The notes beneath the pieces were generated by a model, which was not told the DNA's origin, made no database searches, and worked only from the letters and a program-made list of their open reading frames with translations. From Octopus bimaculoides (taxonomy: Eukaryota): a stretch of DNA of 64,000 nt. This document shows, in pieces, positions 1-13,854 of the stretch (position 1 is the first letter of the stretch; each line of letters begins with the position of its first letter). Made by a program: the position numbers and the translations under genes. The DNA lies in NCBI RefSeq assembly GCF_001194135.2, contig NC_068984.1, forward strand, positions 105,305,650 through 105,369,649. Direction: 5' to 3'.

Positions 1-341
1 AGATGTACCATCCTGAGCGTGACCGTTGCCAGTACCGCCTGACTGGCCTTGTAGGGTTTTCGAGCAAGATCGTTGCCAGTGCCCCTGGACTGGCTCTTGT
101 GCGGGTGGCACATAAAAGACACCATTTCGAGGGTGGCCGTTTTCGTGCGGGTGACACGTAAAAGCACCCACTACACTCTCTGAGTGGTTGGCGTTAGGAA
201 GGGCATCCAGCTGTAGAAACTCTGCCAAATTAGATTGGAGCCTGGTGTAGCCATCCGGTTGCACCAGTCCTCAGTCAAATCGTCCAACCCATGCTAGCAT
301 GGAAAGCGGATGTTAAACGATGATGATGATGATGATGATGA
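1..341 (+). mobile_element. RTE-type LINE 3' UTR copy
   Basis: GCCAGT..ACTGGC repeat units and a (GAT)n tail. Further copies at about 26527-26675(-), 40845-41030(-), 47450-47725(+), 52845-53480(-), 54160-54500(-), 61880-61990(+) and 63015-63505(+). Confidence 0.75.
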
Positions 342-618
342 TATATATAAAACAATATATATATTGTAATATTTTGAATAAAGAATCTTGTTAATTCCAT
401 TTTCTGTTGTTTTTCTTTTATTTGTTTCAGTAATTTGACTGCAGCCATGCTGGAGCACCGCTTTTAGTTGAACAAACTGAACCCAGGACTAATTCTTTGT
501 AAGCCTAGTACTTATTCTATCAGTCTATTTTGCTGAACTACTAAGTTGTGGGGACATAAACACACCAACATTGGTTGTCAAGCAATGGTGATGGTGGGGG
601 GCAAACATAAATACACAA

Positions 619-688
<70 letters not shown>

Positions 689-1240
689 ACAGTAGACTTT
701 TTATCGCACAGCCACTTTATATAAACTCTACAAATACTATGAAATTCCTGAAGTATATCCAGTAGCATGTGCATTTCTACTGTATGATGACATCAGGTAA
801 CCAATAATTACGGACAAGCTTTGTACAGCATTCTACAAGGGTTTTACCTGAATCTCACTTAACTATAATATATATATATATATATGTATATATATAGCAA
901 TAAGGAAATGGAGGGGAATATGTGGTACACATCAACTTGCAGACACTGTACTATGTTAATTAACCTGTTTATTTTTCAACCAAAAGGACAATAAAGACAA
1001 TATACAAACACATATGACACACTATGTCATATCAACAATTAAAAATTCAAAATGGCATCTAGTGACCGAAGAAGGGACAAAGTCTTACAGCTGTTTCGGC
1101 CTAGTGGTTGCATGCCTCATTCTAACACAAAAAAACAATGCGTAAAAGCTACAATATAATCAATTTTATTTAGTGTCTTCAGCGGTCAACATATAAACAA
1201 ACAAACACACAAGTAAACTTTGCTTTTTATAAGTATATAA

Positions 1241-1295
<55 letters not shown>

Positions 1296-2063
1296 ATATA
1301 TATGAGGGGAAGTAAAAAATTATCCGCACTTTCGCCCACCATAATATATCTTTATTATTGTCACACTGCCTTCTGCGCACGCGTGCTTATAGTTGGTACT
1401 ATTGTGGTCACATGACTGAAGTTTGAGCCTGATCATGCCGTTTTTCTTTCTGGCTTTACAGTGTAAGCATGGCTGCTCCACTAGCAATGGGCGCCAAAGA
1501 AGAACAAACATGCTATACACAAGTGCAAACCATAATGGTAACGGAAAAAATATAGTGAAACATTAACTACACAAAGACACCATTATCACCCCACCAATGG
1601 CTGTGTAAAATATAGGAGGTTTTTATGCTGCACCTTGTATTACGAATATTAACACAAATACTAAATAATAGCCTAGTGGTAAAGGATTTTTCACTCGTGA
1701 CTGTGAGATAGTGGTTTCAATTCCTAGACTGGGTGGTGTGTTGTATTCTTGAGTAAAACACTTCATTTCATGTTGCTCATCAATCACTTTGACATCTGAC
1801 ACGTGGTACACCATGCACCTGTTCAGGCAATGTCAATTTGATGGTGGGAGTGAGCTAAGGTACAACACATACATTTGTTCACCATAAACAAATTATTTGT
1901 GCAGGTCATTCAGCAAAAGCTGAACACTCATATGTTGTCCAAGATGGGAGAGACCATCACTAAATAATTAAACTGTTATACAAGTGGACCATAGAATACA
2001 GTTTTATAATCATCTTGATTGGCATAGCAAAATATTTTGATTGAAAATAAGTATTGCTAGAAC

Positions 2064-2465
2064 TCTCTCTTTACTCTTTTACTTGTTTCAGTCATTTGAC
2101 TGTGGCCATGCTGGAGCACCGCCTTTAATCGAGCAAATCGACCCCAGGACTTATTCTTTGGAAGCCTAGTACTTATTCTATCAGTCTCTTTTGGCGAACC
2201 GCTAAGTTACGGGGACGTAAAGACACCAGCATATCGGTTGTCAAGCGATGTTGGGGGGACAAACACAGACACACAAACATACACACACACACATATATAC
2301 ATATATACGACAGGCTTCTTTCAGTTTCCATCTACCAAATCCACTCACAAGGCTTTGGTCAGCCCGAGGCTATAGTAGAATACACTTGCCCAAGGTGCCA
2401 CGCAGTGGGACTGAACCCGGGACCATGTGGTTGGTAAGCAAGCTACTTACCACACAGTCACTCCT
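2064..2465 (-). mobile_element. tRNA-derived SINE, same family as 12039-12515
   Basis: Reverse complement of the 12039-12515 sequence. Confidence 0.75.
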
Positions 2466-2617
2466 TTATTCTTGAATGCTTTAACCTATACTAACCTATA
2501 TTTTCTAACTCAAGTGAATTGGATAATTGGTTTTGGTAATAGTGATTCTACAACATTTACATCTGATAGTAGTTACAAAAGATACAAAAAATATCATTAA
2601 TGATAGTTTCATATTTG

Positions 2618-2625
2618 AAGGATAC
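2618..2625 (-). other. U12-type (minor spliceosome) 5' splice site of PCTP intron 3
   Basis: The donor reads GTATCCTT, matching the U12 consensus RTATCCTT at +1..+8. The 3' end of the intron is outside the window. Confidence 0.8.
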
Positions 2626-2705
2626 ATCACGGTAAGACATAGGTTTGGGGAATTTCACTCCCCAGTAGATGAGGTTTTTATTATCTATTGTTTTTTCATA
2701 CAGCT
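2626..2705 (-). CDS. PCTP: PCTP coding exon 3 (the gene continues beyond the window start)
   Basis: tttacAG acceptor, phase 1, (E)LYEKTIDNKNLIYWGVKFPKPMSYRD. Matches PCTP ELYE......YW.VK.P.PMS.RD. In frame with exon 2. Confidence 0.95.
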
Positions 2706-3729
2706 CTGTAAATGACATAAGAAAAAGAAAAGAAAAAACAACTAATATTAACACATTTGATTGATGCAATTATTTTATTTACTTTTAATTGTTAATATCT
2801 TTTATTTTAAGACTAAAAATTAATTCTGTTCAGTGTTCATAGATTATAATGTTATAAAATTGTTAACTCTCTCAACTTTACATTATATCATATCATTTAC
2901 AATGCTCATAAACTGAAATGTTATAAAACTTTGAAATTAAAATAATAATATAGCCTTTCATTCTCAATATTTTCTGGCTTATGATAAAATACAACAGCAA
3001 GCAGCATATTCATGTTCAAATCTGTCAGAATGTATTAAGAATGAATAGGTATGTTATTGTTTGAATGCTTGTTGTCCTGTGTGCACCCCATCAATTAGTA
3101 CCTGTTTGGCAGACATCAGCAAGCATCAGCAAATAATTTCTTTGTTGATTTCTATAAACAAGAAACTCATGCTCTTGTTATATTTATGAGTCTGTCAAAG
3201 CAGCTTTGACTGAGGAGGCGCATAATAAAGTTGAAACACTGTTGTATCTCAAAGTTCTCTTACAGTGGTAAATCACGTGTATTATGGACACACATCATCA
3301 AAAGGGACTAGCTAATCTCCAATGATGAAAAATGACAGCAATCAGATATTCCTATTTGAATTTGCCAGAACATAAGAATGAACAGATGCAGTATTGTCTT
3401 GACTCTCATGCAGCCCATGAATTAAACAATCAACTTTATATCATATATTTTTTACACTTTTCATTATTATAAAACTGTGATGTTAAAACTATCAATTTTT
3501 TATTAGATTTTTTTTTTTAACATTATGAGAAACAGTGAATTAGCTAAAACAGGCGTTGATGTTCCAAGTTTCAGTGAAAGCCAACGATTTGATGGGCAAA
3601 CAACAAAATTAAACTTATTCAGAAGAAATATATTTTTATACAATTTGATTTTTTAAAAAAATGTAACTTCACATTACTTCCTTAACAATAATAACCTTAT
3701 TAATGTAATCAAGCAACTGATTCACTCAC

Positions 3730-3844
3730 CATGTACATAGTTGTCCCATGTCTTACGATATTCAAGATCCATGTACACCTGTGAGCATATTTCAGGATCT
3801 AAATCCATTTCTCCAAAGACTTTGTACTTGTATAAACCTGAACT
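3730..3844 (-). CDS. PCTP: PCTP coding exon 2
   Basis: ttttAG acceptor, then SSGLYKYKVFGEMDLDPEICSQVYMDLEYRKTWDNYVH plus 1 nt, then GTGAGT. Matches the PCTP motif GLYEYKVFG...YMD..YRK.WD.YV. Phase 0 in, phase 1 out. Confidence 0.95.
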
Positions 3845-4606
3845 CTAAAAGAAATTAGAAATACTGGTAAGAAGTTGAATACAAGAGTAGAGTCAAAAAC
3901 TTAATTGTTAAATGTAAATTTGTCTCTAAACTGATATGTATTTATTATTATAATATATATATTATTTTATGTATCTATATTATGTATTATTATTATGATT
4001 ATTACTATTATATATAAAGACGGCGAGTCTGACAGAATCACTAGCATGTCAGAAAACATATTTAGCGGCATTTCTTACAACTCCTTTCAAGGTTGATAAA
4101 TTATAGTATCAGTCAAGTACTGGGGTGGATATGATTAACTAACCCTATCCTCCTAAAATTACTGGCCTTGTGCTAAAATTTATAACCACTATTATTATTC
4201 TGCCAAAGTTGATTTATCCTTTCATCCTTTCGGGGTCAATAAAATAAGTCCCAGCTAAGCACTGGGGTCCATGTAATCAACTAGCCCCTCCACCAACATT
4301 TCAGGTTTTGTGCCTGTAGCAGAAAGAATTATCATTATTGTCATTATATATCAAATATCTCGTTACAATTATTATATATTAAGGTGGCAAGCTGGCAGAA
4401 TCAATAGAGTGTAGGAAAAAATGCTTAGTAACATTTTTCCCAACTCTTTATATTCTGAGTTCAATTATCTGCAAGGTCAACTTTGCATTTCATCCTTTCA
4501 GGGTTGATAAATCATAGTATCAGTCAAGTACTGGGGTGGATATGATTAACTAACCCTATCTTCCTTGTGCTAAAATTTGTACTGGCCTTGTGCTAAAATT
4601 TGTAAC

Positions 4607-4637
<31 letters not shown>

Positions 4638-4934
4638 GTTGTTGTTGTTGTGAAAGCACATGGGTTAATGGTTAGGGTGTTTCACTCATGATCATAAGAT
4701 TGAGGTTTTGATTCCTGGACTGGGTGATGCATTGTGTTCTTGGGCAAAACACTTCATTTCATGTTGCCACTCAACTAGTAAAAATGAGTAATCCTGTGGC
4801 AGACAAGAGTCCCATGCTGGGGAGACAAAATATATATGCCGCAGAATCTGGGAAACTGACTTTATAAGACAATGGGTCAGGAAGGACCTTTGGTCTTGCT
4901 TGTTTGATTATTATCATTAAGTATGTCAGCACAG

Positions 4935-5900
4935 TCATGTATTTCTAAGCTGATGGTCTAGTTGACTAATGTGGATGAGGCTTCTCTTGATTGTAATGGT
5001 GCAAGTGGTGTTATTGTTTTTCTCAGGTGTGGTACTGGTGCTTACTGCTGATGTTGTTGAATGGATCTTTCCTGCTGCTCTTTCTATTGATGTTTGGGAT
5101 GTTGCTGCTCTTGGCACTGATGTTGTTGTTGTTGTTATTGCTGGTGCTTTTGATATTGTCATTGGTGTTGTGTTAAAGGTGTTTGCAGTAGCAGGGTTTT
5201 TCCTTTCTTTGCATGGGATGGGAAGCATTTAAATGGCTTGTCTTCCCACAAATGTCATCTTGGCTTTCTGCTCTCGACTGCTACAAATAACTGCATTCTA
5301 TCAGGAATGTTGATCAGGTTAGGGACAGCTTTGATAATGCTCAGATCAGAGTGTGTCCACATTTCCATATCTGACCAATTTAGCTTTCCCATTATGTTGA
5401 CTTGCAGAATTCTTGTTTTGCTCACTATGTCATATAATATAGCTTCCACCAGCAAGATGTCCACTTTTGGTGGCACCTCCACTACCTTTATTTTGAGCAC
5501 CCTTTGACCAAAGTATGTGGGAATTAGGTAGGAATTAACCTTAATTCCTCACTTTTTTTGGTTAATTCTTCAGTTGAGAATCTTACCCCAACTGTGCCAA
5601 AAAGTCTTCCATGGGCAACATAAGTTTTTAAACTCCAGACAGGTCTTGGGCATTTTTCAGTCTGGGTCTGCATTGCTCGTTCCAGTTGCCTGGTCTTTAT
5701 TGAAATATATTTATATAAGATGTTTTTTCCTTAGTGTTTACCTGTATTTCCTCTAGTATGTTAAGGAAGACTATTCTCCCATTCTTTGTTTAAATGCACT
5801 TTGGTGTTGCTTAATGTTTTTTTTCTGTTAACTCAACTTTTTTCATTTTGCAATAAGCTTGTGAGAAACCATTTCCATTCTGCTTAGAAATAAAACAGCC
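4935..5900 (-). mobile_element. Degraded non-LTR ORF1-like remnant (L1/Tx1-type, decayed zinc knuckle)
   Basis: ...KIKVVEVPPKVD...IPDRMQLFVAVESRKPR*HL followed by low-complexity Q/T-rich sequence, with many stops. Confidence 0.4.
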
Positions 5901-6320
5901 ATTATTGTCATTTTATTAATGCTTCTGTTGGATTTGGTGATGGTGTTGATACTGGAGACAGTGGTGGAGGTTGTGCTTGTGTCATTTTAAAATATATCCT
6001 GCTCATCACTGCTACTTCTGATGCTGCTGCTGTCTGAGCTTTGTTTCTTGACCATAACAGCTGTTCCAACAGCTACCACTTCCCTCAATTTGGGAAGCCA
6101 TATTGATATTTTTTGTTTTAAAATATTAAATCTTCAATTTTAAATCTAAAAATTTTCCCTTAAAGGGCAAATTCTCACCAGACCAGCACATTTCACTTGC
6201 AGTGAGCTGGCTTATTTAGCAAACAGCTAAAAAAACAGAATTGGAATACCAGCTAATAAAACAACAAATTTTAAAGAAAACTTATGAACTACAAACAAGT
6301 ATCCACTCCTTCCAAACACC

Positions 6321-6354
<34 letters not shown>

Positions 6355-7830
6355 GTTTCAAATTTTGGCACAAGGCCAGCAATTTGGGGGAGGGTTAAGT
6401 TGATTCCATCAACCCCAGTAATCAACTGGTACTTATTCTATTGACCCTGAAAGGATGAAAGTCAAAATCCACCTTGGCAGAATTTGAACTCAGAACATAA
6501 AGACAGATGAAATGCCACTAAGCATTTTGCCCTGCGTACTCACAATTCTGCTAGCTCACCTTTGGCTTGAGGTCAGCAATTTCAGGGGATAGGGGTAAGT
6601 TGATTACATTGACCCCAATACTTAACTGGTACTTATTTTATTGACCCCAAAAAGAAGAAAGGCAAAGTCGACTTTGGCAGAATTTGAACATAGAACATGA
6701 AGGCAGATAAAATGCCATTAAGCATTTCACCTGGTGTGCTAACAATTCTGGCAGCTTGCCACCTTAGTAACAACAACAACAATAATACAGTGAAAATAAG
6801 AGCACCACGACAAACCACAGCACATACCAAAGGCACACAAAGCTGTGCTCAGTAGTGCAGTGAAAGCACGTGATAAAGATAAGACTGCTGAATATTATAA
6901 TAATTCTGCTTGTCATTCTGTTACTCAGCCCATCAGTAACACTTTCATGCGATTAGAGAAAAAAGGGAGAAAGAAAAGGGGGAGAGAGAAGTGCCCATGA
7001 TGTGAAGTAGAGGGAATGTAACTGTAACGCTTTCACATGATCAGTTGAAGGGAAAGTGAGGAGAAAGAAAAAGGAGAAAAAGAGTATAAGGCAAAGAGTG
7101 ACACAGAAAGAGGGAGAAAGAAAAAGAAAAGATGGAGAGAGAAAAAGAGGGAGAGAGAAGCGTCCATGATGTGAAGTAGGGGGAACATAATATTTATTAC
7201 GTGGTTAAAAAAGTTAGATGAAAGTAGTGATGATATAGAGGGGGAGAGTTAAAAATATAATTTTAGCAGAGGGGTGATGTTCTGATGATGAATTTAAAGA
7301 AAGGCAGGGAGAGAGAGGGGGGAGATAATGATGATGGTGGTGGTGGTGGTGGTGGTGGTAGAGATGGAGGTGGTGGTGATGATTGGATAGTGAAAAGTGT
7401 ATTTTTTTAAAAATTGAACTAACTTTTTTATATCACCTATCACTTAACACATGCACATAAGTGCAATCCCATAAAATATTCGTGCTTATTTACATGGCAG
7501 ATATATGCAATTTAACTAAAGGTTGTATCATATGTACAGGATATTTTTTTTGTTCATGGGGAGAATAGAAAAATAAGAGTGCATATTTATTTCATGAGTG
7601 CTGTGTATTAAGTCTATAAAATTGTGCATAAAATATATAAAGTGTATATATAAAAGGCATTATGTAATCATCGTATTCCAATTTCTTTCTCTTTTCAGTG
7701 AATAGCAGATGAGCAACTATCTTTCCATACAGACACAACATAGGCTACACTGTCAGGTTTTTTGGATAAAGTTTTCAGAAATAACCAGACAGGTTTACCA
7801 TTAATTCCATGAAATATTCATGGGTCCTGC

Positions 7831-7866
<36 letters not shown>

Positions 7867-8059
7867 TAATGCCTGGATGCNNNNNNNNNNTATATATATA
7901 CACACGCACACAATAACGATATAATTGCTTTTTATTTTTAATTCAAACTGTAGGGTTGCTATAAGAAAAGGTCATTTATCAGCAGTAGCAACAACAACAC
8001 CAACAATGGCACCAAACGTGCCGTTATGAAATAGAAGAATAAATAGAATGGTTATTTAC

Positions 8060-8314
8060 TTGTTTAGGATCGTCATAGTAAATGCCAATGGTTTTCTTAT
8101 AAGGTGCCAGTCGTACCACTTCGCAGAATAAATGGCCCGCGTCTTTGTAGGGCCCACGAGCGAATTTGTACGCAACAACAATTTCGCCGATAGGAGGTCT
8201 CCCTGTGGTAATCTGGATATTATAGAAGAGACCCGAGTAGACCAAGAGAGCGAAAATAGAAAGTAGAATCCCCAACAGTAAGCCAAATATTCCCCAAATG
8301 AGCAATGTCTCCAT
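8060..8314 (-). CDS. TEX264: TEX264 first coding exon (N-terminal transmembrane anchor plus start of the GyrI-like domain)
   Basis: METLLIWGIFGLLLGILLSIFALLVYSGLFYNIQITTGRPPIGEIVVAYKFARGPYKDAGHLFCEVVRLAPYKKTIGIYYDDPKQ, then a GTAAAT donor (phase 0). Hydrophobic N-terminus plus YSGL..., AYKF..GPY...G.LF and G.YYD.P motifs typical of TEX264. Later exons not found in the window. Confidence 0.9.
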
Positions 8315-9232
8315 TTCAACGAAAAAAAAAATCCAGTCTGGTTTAAGGCGACAAGTTAAAAGTAAATTGAGCTTCTGTTCTCTCAACTGGAGAGAATTAA
8401 CACAAGGGGGATAACTAGTGAGATATCAATGGTAAATAGGGGAGGAGAGAGAGAGATGATGTTAATGCGGAGAGACAGAGAGGAGGCGAGAGAAAGGAGA
8501 AAGAAAGAGAGAGAGAGAGAGAGGGAGAAACAGACCAGGAAGAGAGAAAAAATGTAAAAGAAGAATAGAGAATGAAAGAAATGAAGAGAGAGAGAGAAGG
8601 AGAAAACGGAAGGGGTAGGAGAGAATAAGAGAGGAAGGGAAGGGTGTGAAGCCAGAGTGGGAGTAAAGAAGATGAAGTGGGTTGAAAGTGCAAGTAACAT
8701 TGAGGGAATTTAGCATCATATGAAGTTAACTGTCGTTGAGTTTGTTTAGCCCAAGGCAAAGCTTGATCAAACAGGCTAATGATGTAAGGCGTTGAAGCCG
8801 TAAATATCCAATCTCTCTGTCATCGTATATATAAGATTTCATTAACCTTTGTGCCTTTCCTACTATTTTTAGCGGTGGTGGTCATGTCGCCAGTTTTGGG
8901 TAGTGTTTCCTACTTGTATTTTTGAGCAGGAACTGAATTAAGTTTGTTAGCTTTTGTTGTTTTTTTTTCAGTGTTAGTTATTTTATATTTAACGTGGTTT
9001 TGAATAATATATGCATCATATACATACATGTTATATACGTAATTATTATCTTAAAAAACTTAGTGACTAAGATGAAGTTACGGACTTAAAAAAAAGTTAT
9101 TTCACTTGAGTTCCCCAAATGGATGAAAGTCAGAGTCAACTTCAGAGGGATTTTGAACTCAGAACGTAAAGACGTACGAAATACCGCTAAGCATCTTGTC
9201 TGGCGTGTCAAGGATTCCACCGTCTCGCCGCC

Positions 9233-9279
<47 letters not shown>

Positions 9280-9914
9280 AATGATGATGATGATGATGAT
9301 GATTATGATGATGATGATGATTGCCCTGATGCAGTACCAGGCAGTGACTCTCATGGCTTCTGATCTTAATTGATTGGAAGTGTTATCAAGTGTTAAAATG
9401 GGCTACAGCAAATATTCTGCTTAATATCACAGATTTGCTTGTCANNNNNNNNNNATACCACAGATTTGCTTGTCAGTTGTTTGACTTTAACCAGTTGAGC
9501 ATGATCCTTAGTGGCTGATAATATGTGCATCTCTGATCACGAGCAGAAGTAGTAGGGGAGCATCATAGCCATGTGTTGAGAGAAATTCTTTGGGGTTTTA
9601 ATAATTTACTTCTGGAAATATGGATGCTTCCTTCAACATCCTTAAACAACCCTTATTCAAGGACCACTTGAGCGGGGTGGGCTACTCGACCTGAAGACAA
9701 TTCTAACTGGGCCCCACCTGCGAGGTCATGCGCTGTTTATCTTGATATGAGATCACCATGTCGCGCACATATGGTTGTGATGCATATGCCTGGTGTACCC
9801 TTATCAGATGGGTTGTCATGATGGGTGTACTGGGCTTCGTATATTTCACCCCAGTGTCCCTTTGATGGCATGCACTACTCTCTCACTCAATAATAATAAT
9901 AATTCTTTAAGAGG

Positions 9915-10330
9915 GACAAGCAACAGTGCCTAATAATTGATGTGGCAGTGCCAGGAGATCAACATCTTGTCATGAAGAGAAAAACTTCACAAATATAGAG
10001 ACCTGAAAGTTGAGATCACCAAGTTGGGGCAACTGCCAGAGTCAAATGTAAAAGTTGTTCCTGTTGTCATTGCAGCATAGAGTTTAATACCACCTAACCT
10101 AAAGAAACATCTGGACACTTTAAAAAATACACTGGAATCTTGGGTTATTGCAAGAATTGGCTTTACTTGGAACTGCACAGTTACTGCATAAAGTGCTGGC
10201 TATCTGCGGTCCTTGTTATGACTTGACAGACAGCAAAAATCCCCAGTACATACAATATCTTCAATCTACAATATCCCAATATTGGATACTGTGCAATGTC
10301 TTCAACAGTAACAACATCAACAACAGCAGC
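9915..10330 (+). mobile_element. R4/Dong-like non-LTR retrotransposon 3' fragment
   Basis: CLIIDVAVPGDQH..., KYRDLKVEI.K...KVVPVVI, LQELALLGTAQLLHKVL: a restriction-like endonuclease C-terminus. Sits in AAT/AAC repeats. Confidence 0.65.
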
Positions 10331-12038
10331 AGCAATAGCTACTATGATGACAATGATGATGTAAATATTCCATAAAACATTAAAGCTTTAAGTAATGTTT
10401 CTTATGGTTTTTGTTATTTTTTTAAAAGTAGGAATTGGATCAAAAGAAAGAATTTGCAAACAAAAGCAACAAACTAATTATGTATAATTAAGTAGATAGT
10501 CTGACTGCAATACTTTAATAATAGTGAATAAGTTTATTTTCATAAATGAAACAAAAGCACTGAAACTGAGCCAAAAGATTTTAATTAATTATAATTACAC
10601 CTGCAGGGAGAAAAGAGAAAAATGAGGACAGTTTTTGCTTTGGTTCTTTATGTTCTCAGTTCAAATCTTGTCACAGTCAACTTTGCCTTTCATTTTGCTG
10701 AAGGCTGATGAAACATATACCAGTGAAGGCCTAGGACTGACTTAACCCATTAGCATTTAAAATGGCCATGTCCAACCTAAATATTCTATTTGTTTTATGT
10801 TCAAACTGGCCAAATCTTGGCTCTCACATTTATCTACTCTACAATGTCAATTTAAAAACAAAAAATCACATGATGGAAATCTTGAAGCTGTGAGATAATG
10901 CATGATTAATTCAAAAGAATGTGAATAAATGAGCATTATGTTCAGCAAAGTAATCTGAGTACTATTAGGTTGACCAACAGTTAATTTAAGCCAATGTGCA
11001 ATGCGCTAACTTGTTACAAGGGAACTCAAATCTTCACCCACCTACATGTAGGGTTCTAAAGACAAGTGAATTGACAAATTAGCCTGAGTACATCTCATCA
11101 CTCCTATTTTTGTCTCTTTCCAGTTCCAACTAAATCATACCCACCCTCTTCTAAAATGTGAGTAAGCATATAGCTACTCTACAGTAAAAAACCTGTTCTG
11201 CTCTGGCCCCATCTCTTAATCCTTTATCTCTTAGCATAAAACTACCTCTCTTAGGGATTTATAGTCTTGCAAGCTGCATGGTAACCTTACTAGTGATGGT
11301 AGCATGAAAAAAGAATCCAGTACCCACAGTAAGGTGGTTTGCATTAGGAAAGGCATCTAGCTATAGAAATCATGGCAAAATAGACAATGGAGCACAATGC
11401 ACCAGATCCTCTCAAACTGTCCAACCAATGCCAACGTAGAGCATGGATATTAAAGTGACAATGATGATGATGATGATGATAATGAAGACCCTATATTACT
11501 GCCAACACACACACACACACACACGCACTATAATCTACCTATACATACATATACTCTTTCAAATATGCAAAGGTAAAATAAATAAGGACAGAAAAATCAT
11601 CTTAATCATTCATTTTCATGAAAGAGAGGAAAGAACACTAGAATTAGAATTCATTTTAAAATATGGTACACAGACTGAGCTTCGGCAGTAATGGACAAAA
11701 CTTTGGGCATGTTTCACTTTTATTAGATCTCATCAGTGAAACTAGGTTTAAGCCAGTCTTTTCCACCCAAGTTCCTCAAAACCTTACAACTCCTAAAGGT
11801 GTCGCAAGGTATTCTGCAAGAAACTGTCATAAACAGTCTAATTATATGTAAGTACAATTTTGAGGCAGTTTTTTTGTTTTTATGTCTATTTTTGAATTTT
11901 ACTTTGAAAAGGTAAATTTATGAAAATATCACTACCAGTGGAAAATTCATGAGAGATATGATAATTGCTTAAGGCAAATCCATTTTGAACTGGATTAATT
12001 GAATAACATACTTATTCCTCTTAATAATAACAAATGTA

Positions 12039-12515
12039 GGCGCAGGAGTGGCTGTGTGGTAAGTAGCTTGCTTACCAACCACATGGTTCTGGATTCAGTT
12101 CCACTGCGTGGCACTTTGGGCAAGTGTCTTCTACTATAGCCTTGGGCCGACCAGAGCCTTGTGAGTGGATTTGGTAGACAGAAACTGAAAGAAGCATGTC
12201 GTATATATGTATTTTTCTATATATGTGTTTTTCTCCTTGTCTCCGTATTCTTTCTGTTGAAGAGCGTNNNNNNNNNNATATATATATATATATGTATGTA
12301 TGTTTGTGTGTCTGTGTTTGTCCCCCCAACATCGCTTGACAACCAATGCTGGTGTGTTTACGTCCCCGTAACTTAGCGGTTCGGCAAAAAGAGACCGATA
12401 GAATAAGTACTAGGCTTACAAAAGAATAAGTCCTGGGGTCGATTTGCTCGACTAAAGACGGTGCTCCAGCATGACCGTAGTCAAATGACTGAAACAAGTA
12501 AAAGAGTAAAAGAGA
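12039..12515 (+). mobile_element. tRNA-derived SINE, full length
   Basis: A-box-like TGGCTGTGTGGT, B-box-like GGATTCAGTTCC, internal (TA)n/(TG)n and a GAAACAAGTAAAAGAG tail. Other copies at 2064-2465(-) and 27835-28200(+); partial copies at 415-610, 40660-40830 and 41050-41205. Confidence 0.75.
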
Positions 12516-12814
12516 GATATATAAAATCTGGGCAATGTTTCGGTATTAGTACATGATGTCAGTCATGAGTGAGTATGTGTATGAGTGTGCGTTTAACTGT
12601 TCAACTCTGTAGAAGCGGTGTAAGACAATGTCATGCTAACTCCTGATATCATAGACTTTTACCGAAAGAGGGCCAAAATCTGTACATGGACAGTAACTGT
12701 TACCTTGTCATTTAGTAAGGCTGAATAACATTATTCAGCATTACAAAATGACAAGATAAGTTTCATGGAATTCAAAGTACCACAGCAGCTCATTGTCATT
12801 GATGTACTAGTTGA

Positions 12815-12824
12815 GAGAGAGAGA

Positions 12825-12916
<92 letters not shown>
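12815..12916. repeat. (AG)n microsatellite
   Basis: Direct read. Many other (TA)n, (TG)n, (AAT)n and (GAT)n tracts occur, e.g. 631-680, 1245-1290, 41205-41250 and 62760-62820. Confidence 0.95.
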
Positions 12917-13854
12917 TTCAGTAATATCAAATCAACAAGGTCTGGGTTTCTTCCCATTGCTTATCTCCCAATCTTGAAATACATTGTTTGAATTTTATTG
13001 AAGCTTTCTTTCAATAGCAATGACACCTTTGAGGTGTAAAAATAATTGATATCACACACACATACATACAGTAAAGTCCGAGGCCACTGTCAACCTTTTC
13101 TCTGTAAAATATGTACTCTATATAAAAATTAATTTTTCAGAGAAAGCACATGAGAAGTGAAAATATTTGTTCGGCAATTTCCGTACAATTTTTTTTTATT
13201 TCTTTAATTTTTCTTTTCAGCTGAATTGTTTATTTTTATGGGTTTTTTTTGCGCCTGTGCGTGTATGTATGTATATTTGGATGTTTGTGTTTATGTGCAT
13301 GTGTGTATATTGTGTACGTGTATCTATTTCTTCAAATTTTTTCTAGGTGAATCGCTTATGTTTATGTATTTTTTGGTGTACGTATGTGTGTGTATGTATA
13401 CATATTTGTATATGTATGTATTTATGCTCATGTATGTGTATACACATGTATATTTGTGTATGCATATACTTACATACACAAATATATAGATACACACACA
13501 CATAAACACATCATACACAAAAATACAAAAATATAAGGTGAAAACAAAAAGAGGAAAAAAAAACTTTACGGAAATTGCCGAACTAATATCTATCACTGCT
13601 CATATATATACCTTCTCTGAAAGATTTCCTGATTTCCACAAAGGCAAACTTTAATATACAATATATGTCTAGCATTATCAGGTATTTATACAGTTTATAG
13701 TAACAACAAAAGCAGGAAAATACTGTGAGTGTCAAAAAAACACAGTATAAAATATTGATTAAAAAATGACGTATGAATTAGTGCAAAGTCTAATTACATT
13801 TCAGATTAGATAAAACTCTCACAAGTGGTAAACTTGATATATTATCTCTCATAA

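Noticed and set aside
9425-9475. Short duplication flanking the 10-N gap
   Set aside because: Overlapping contig ends (assembly artefact), not a biological repeat; used only as weak evidence of adjacency.
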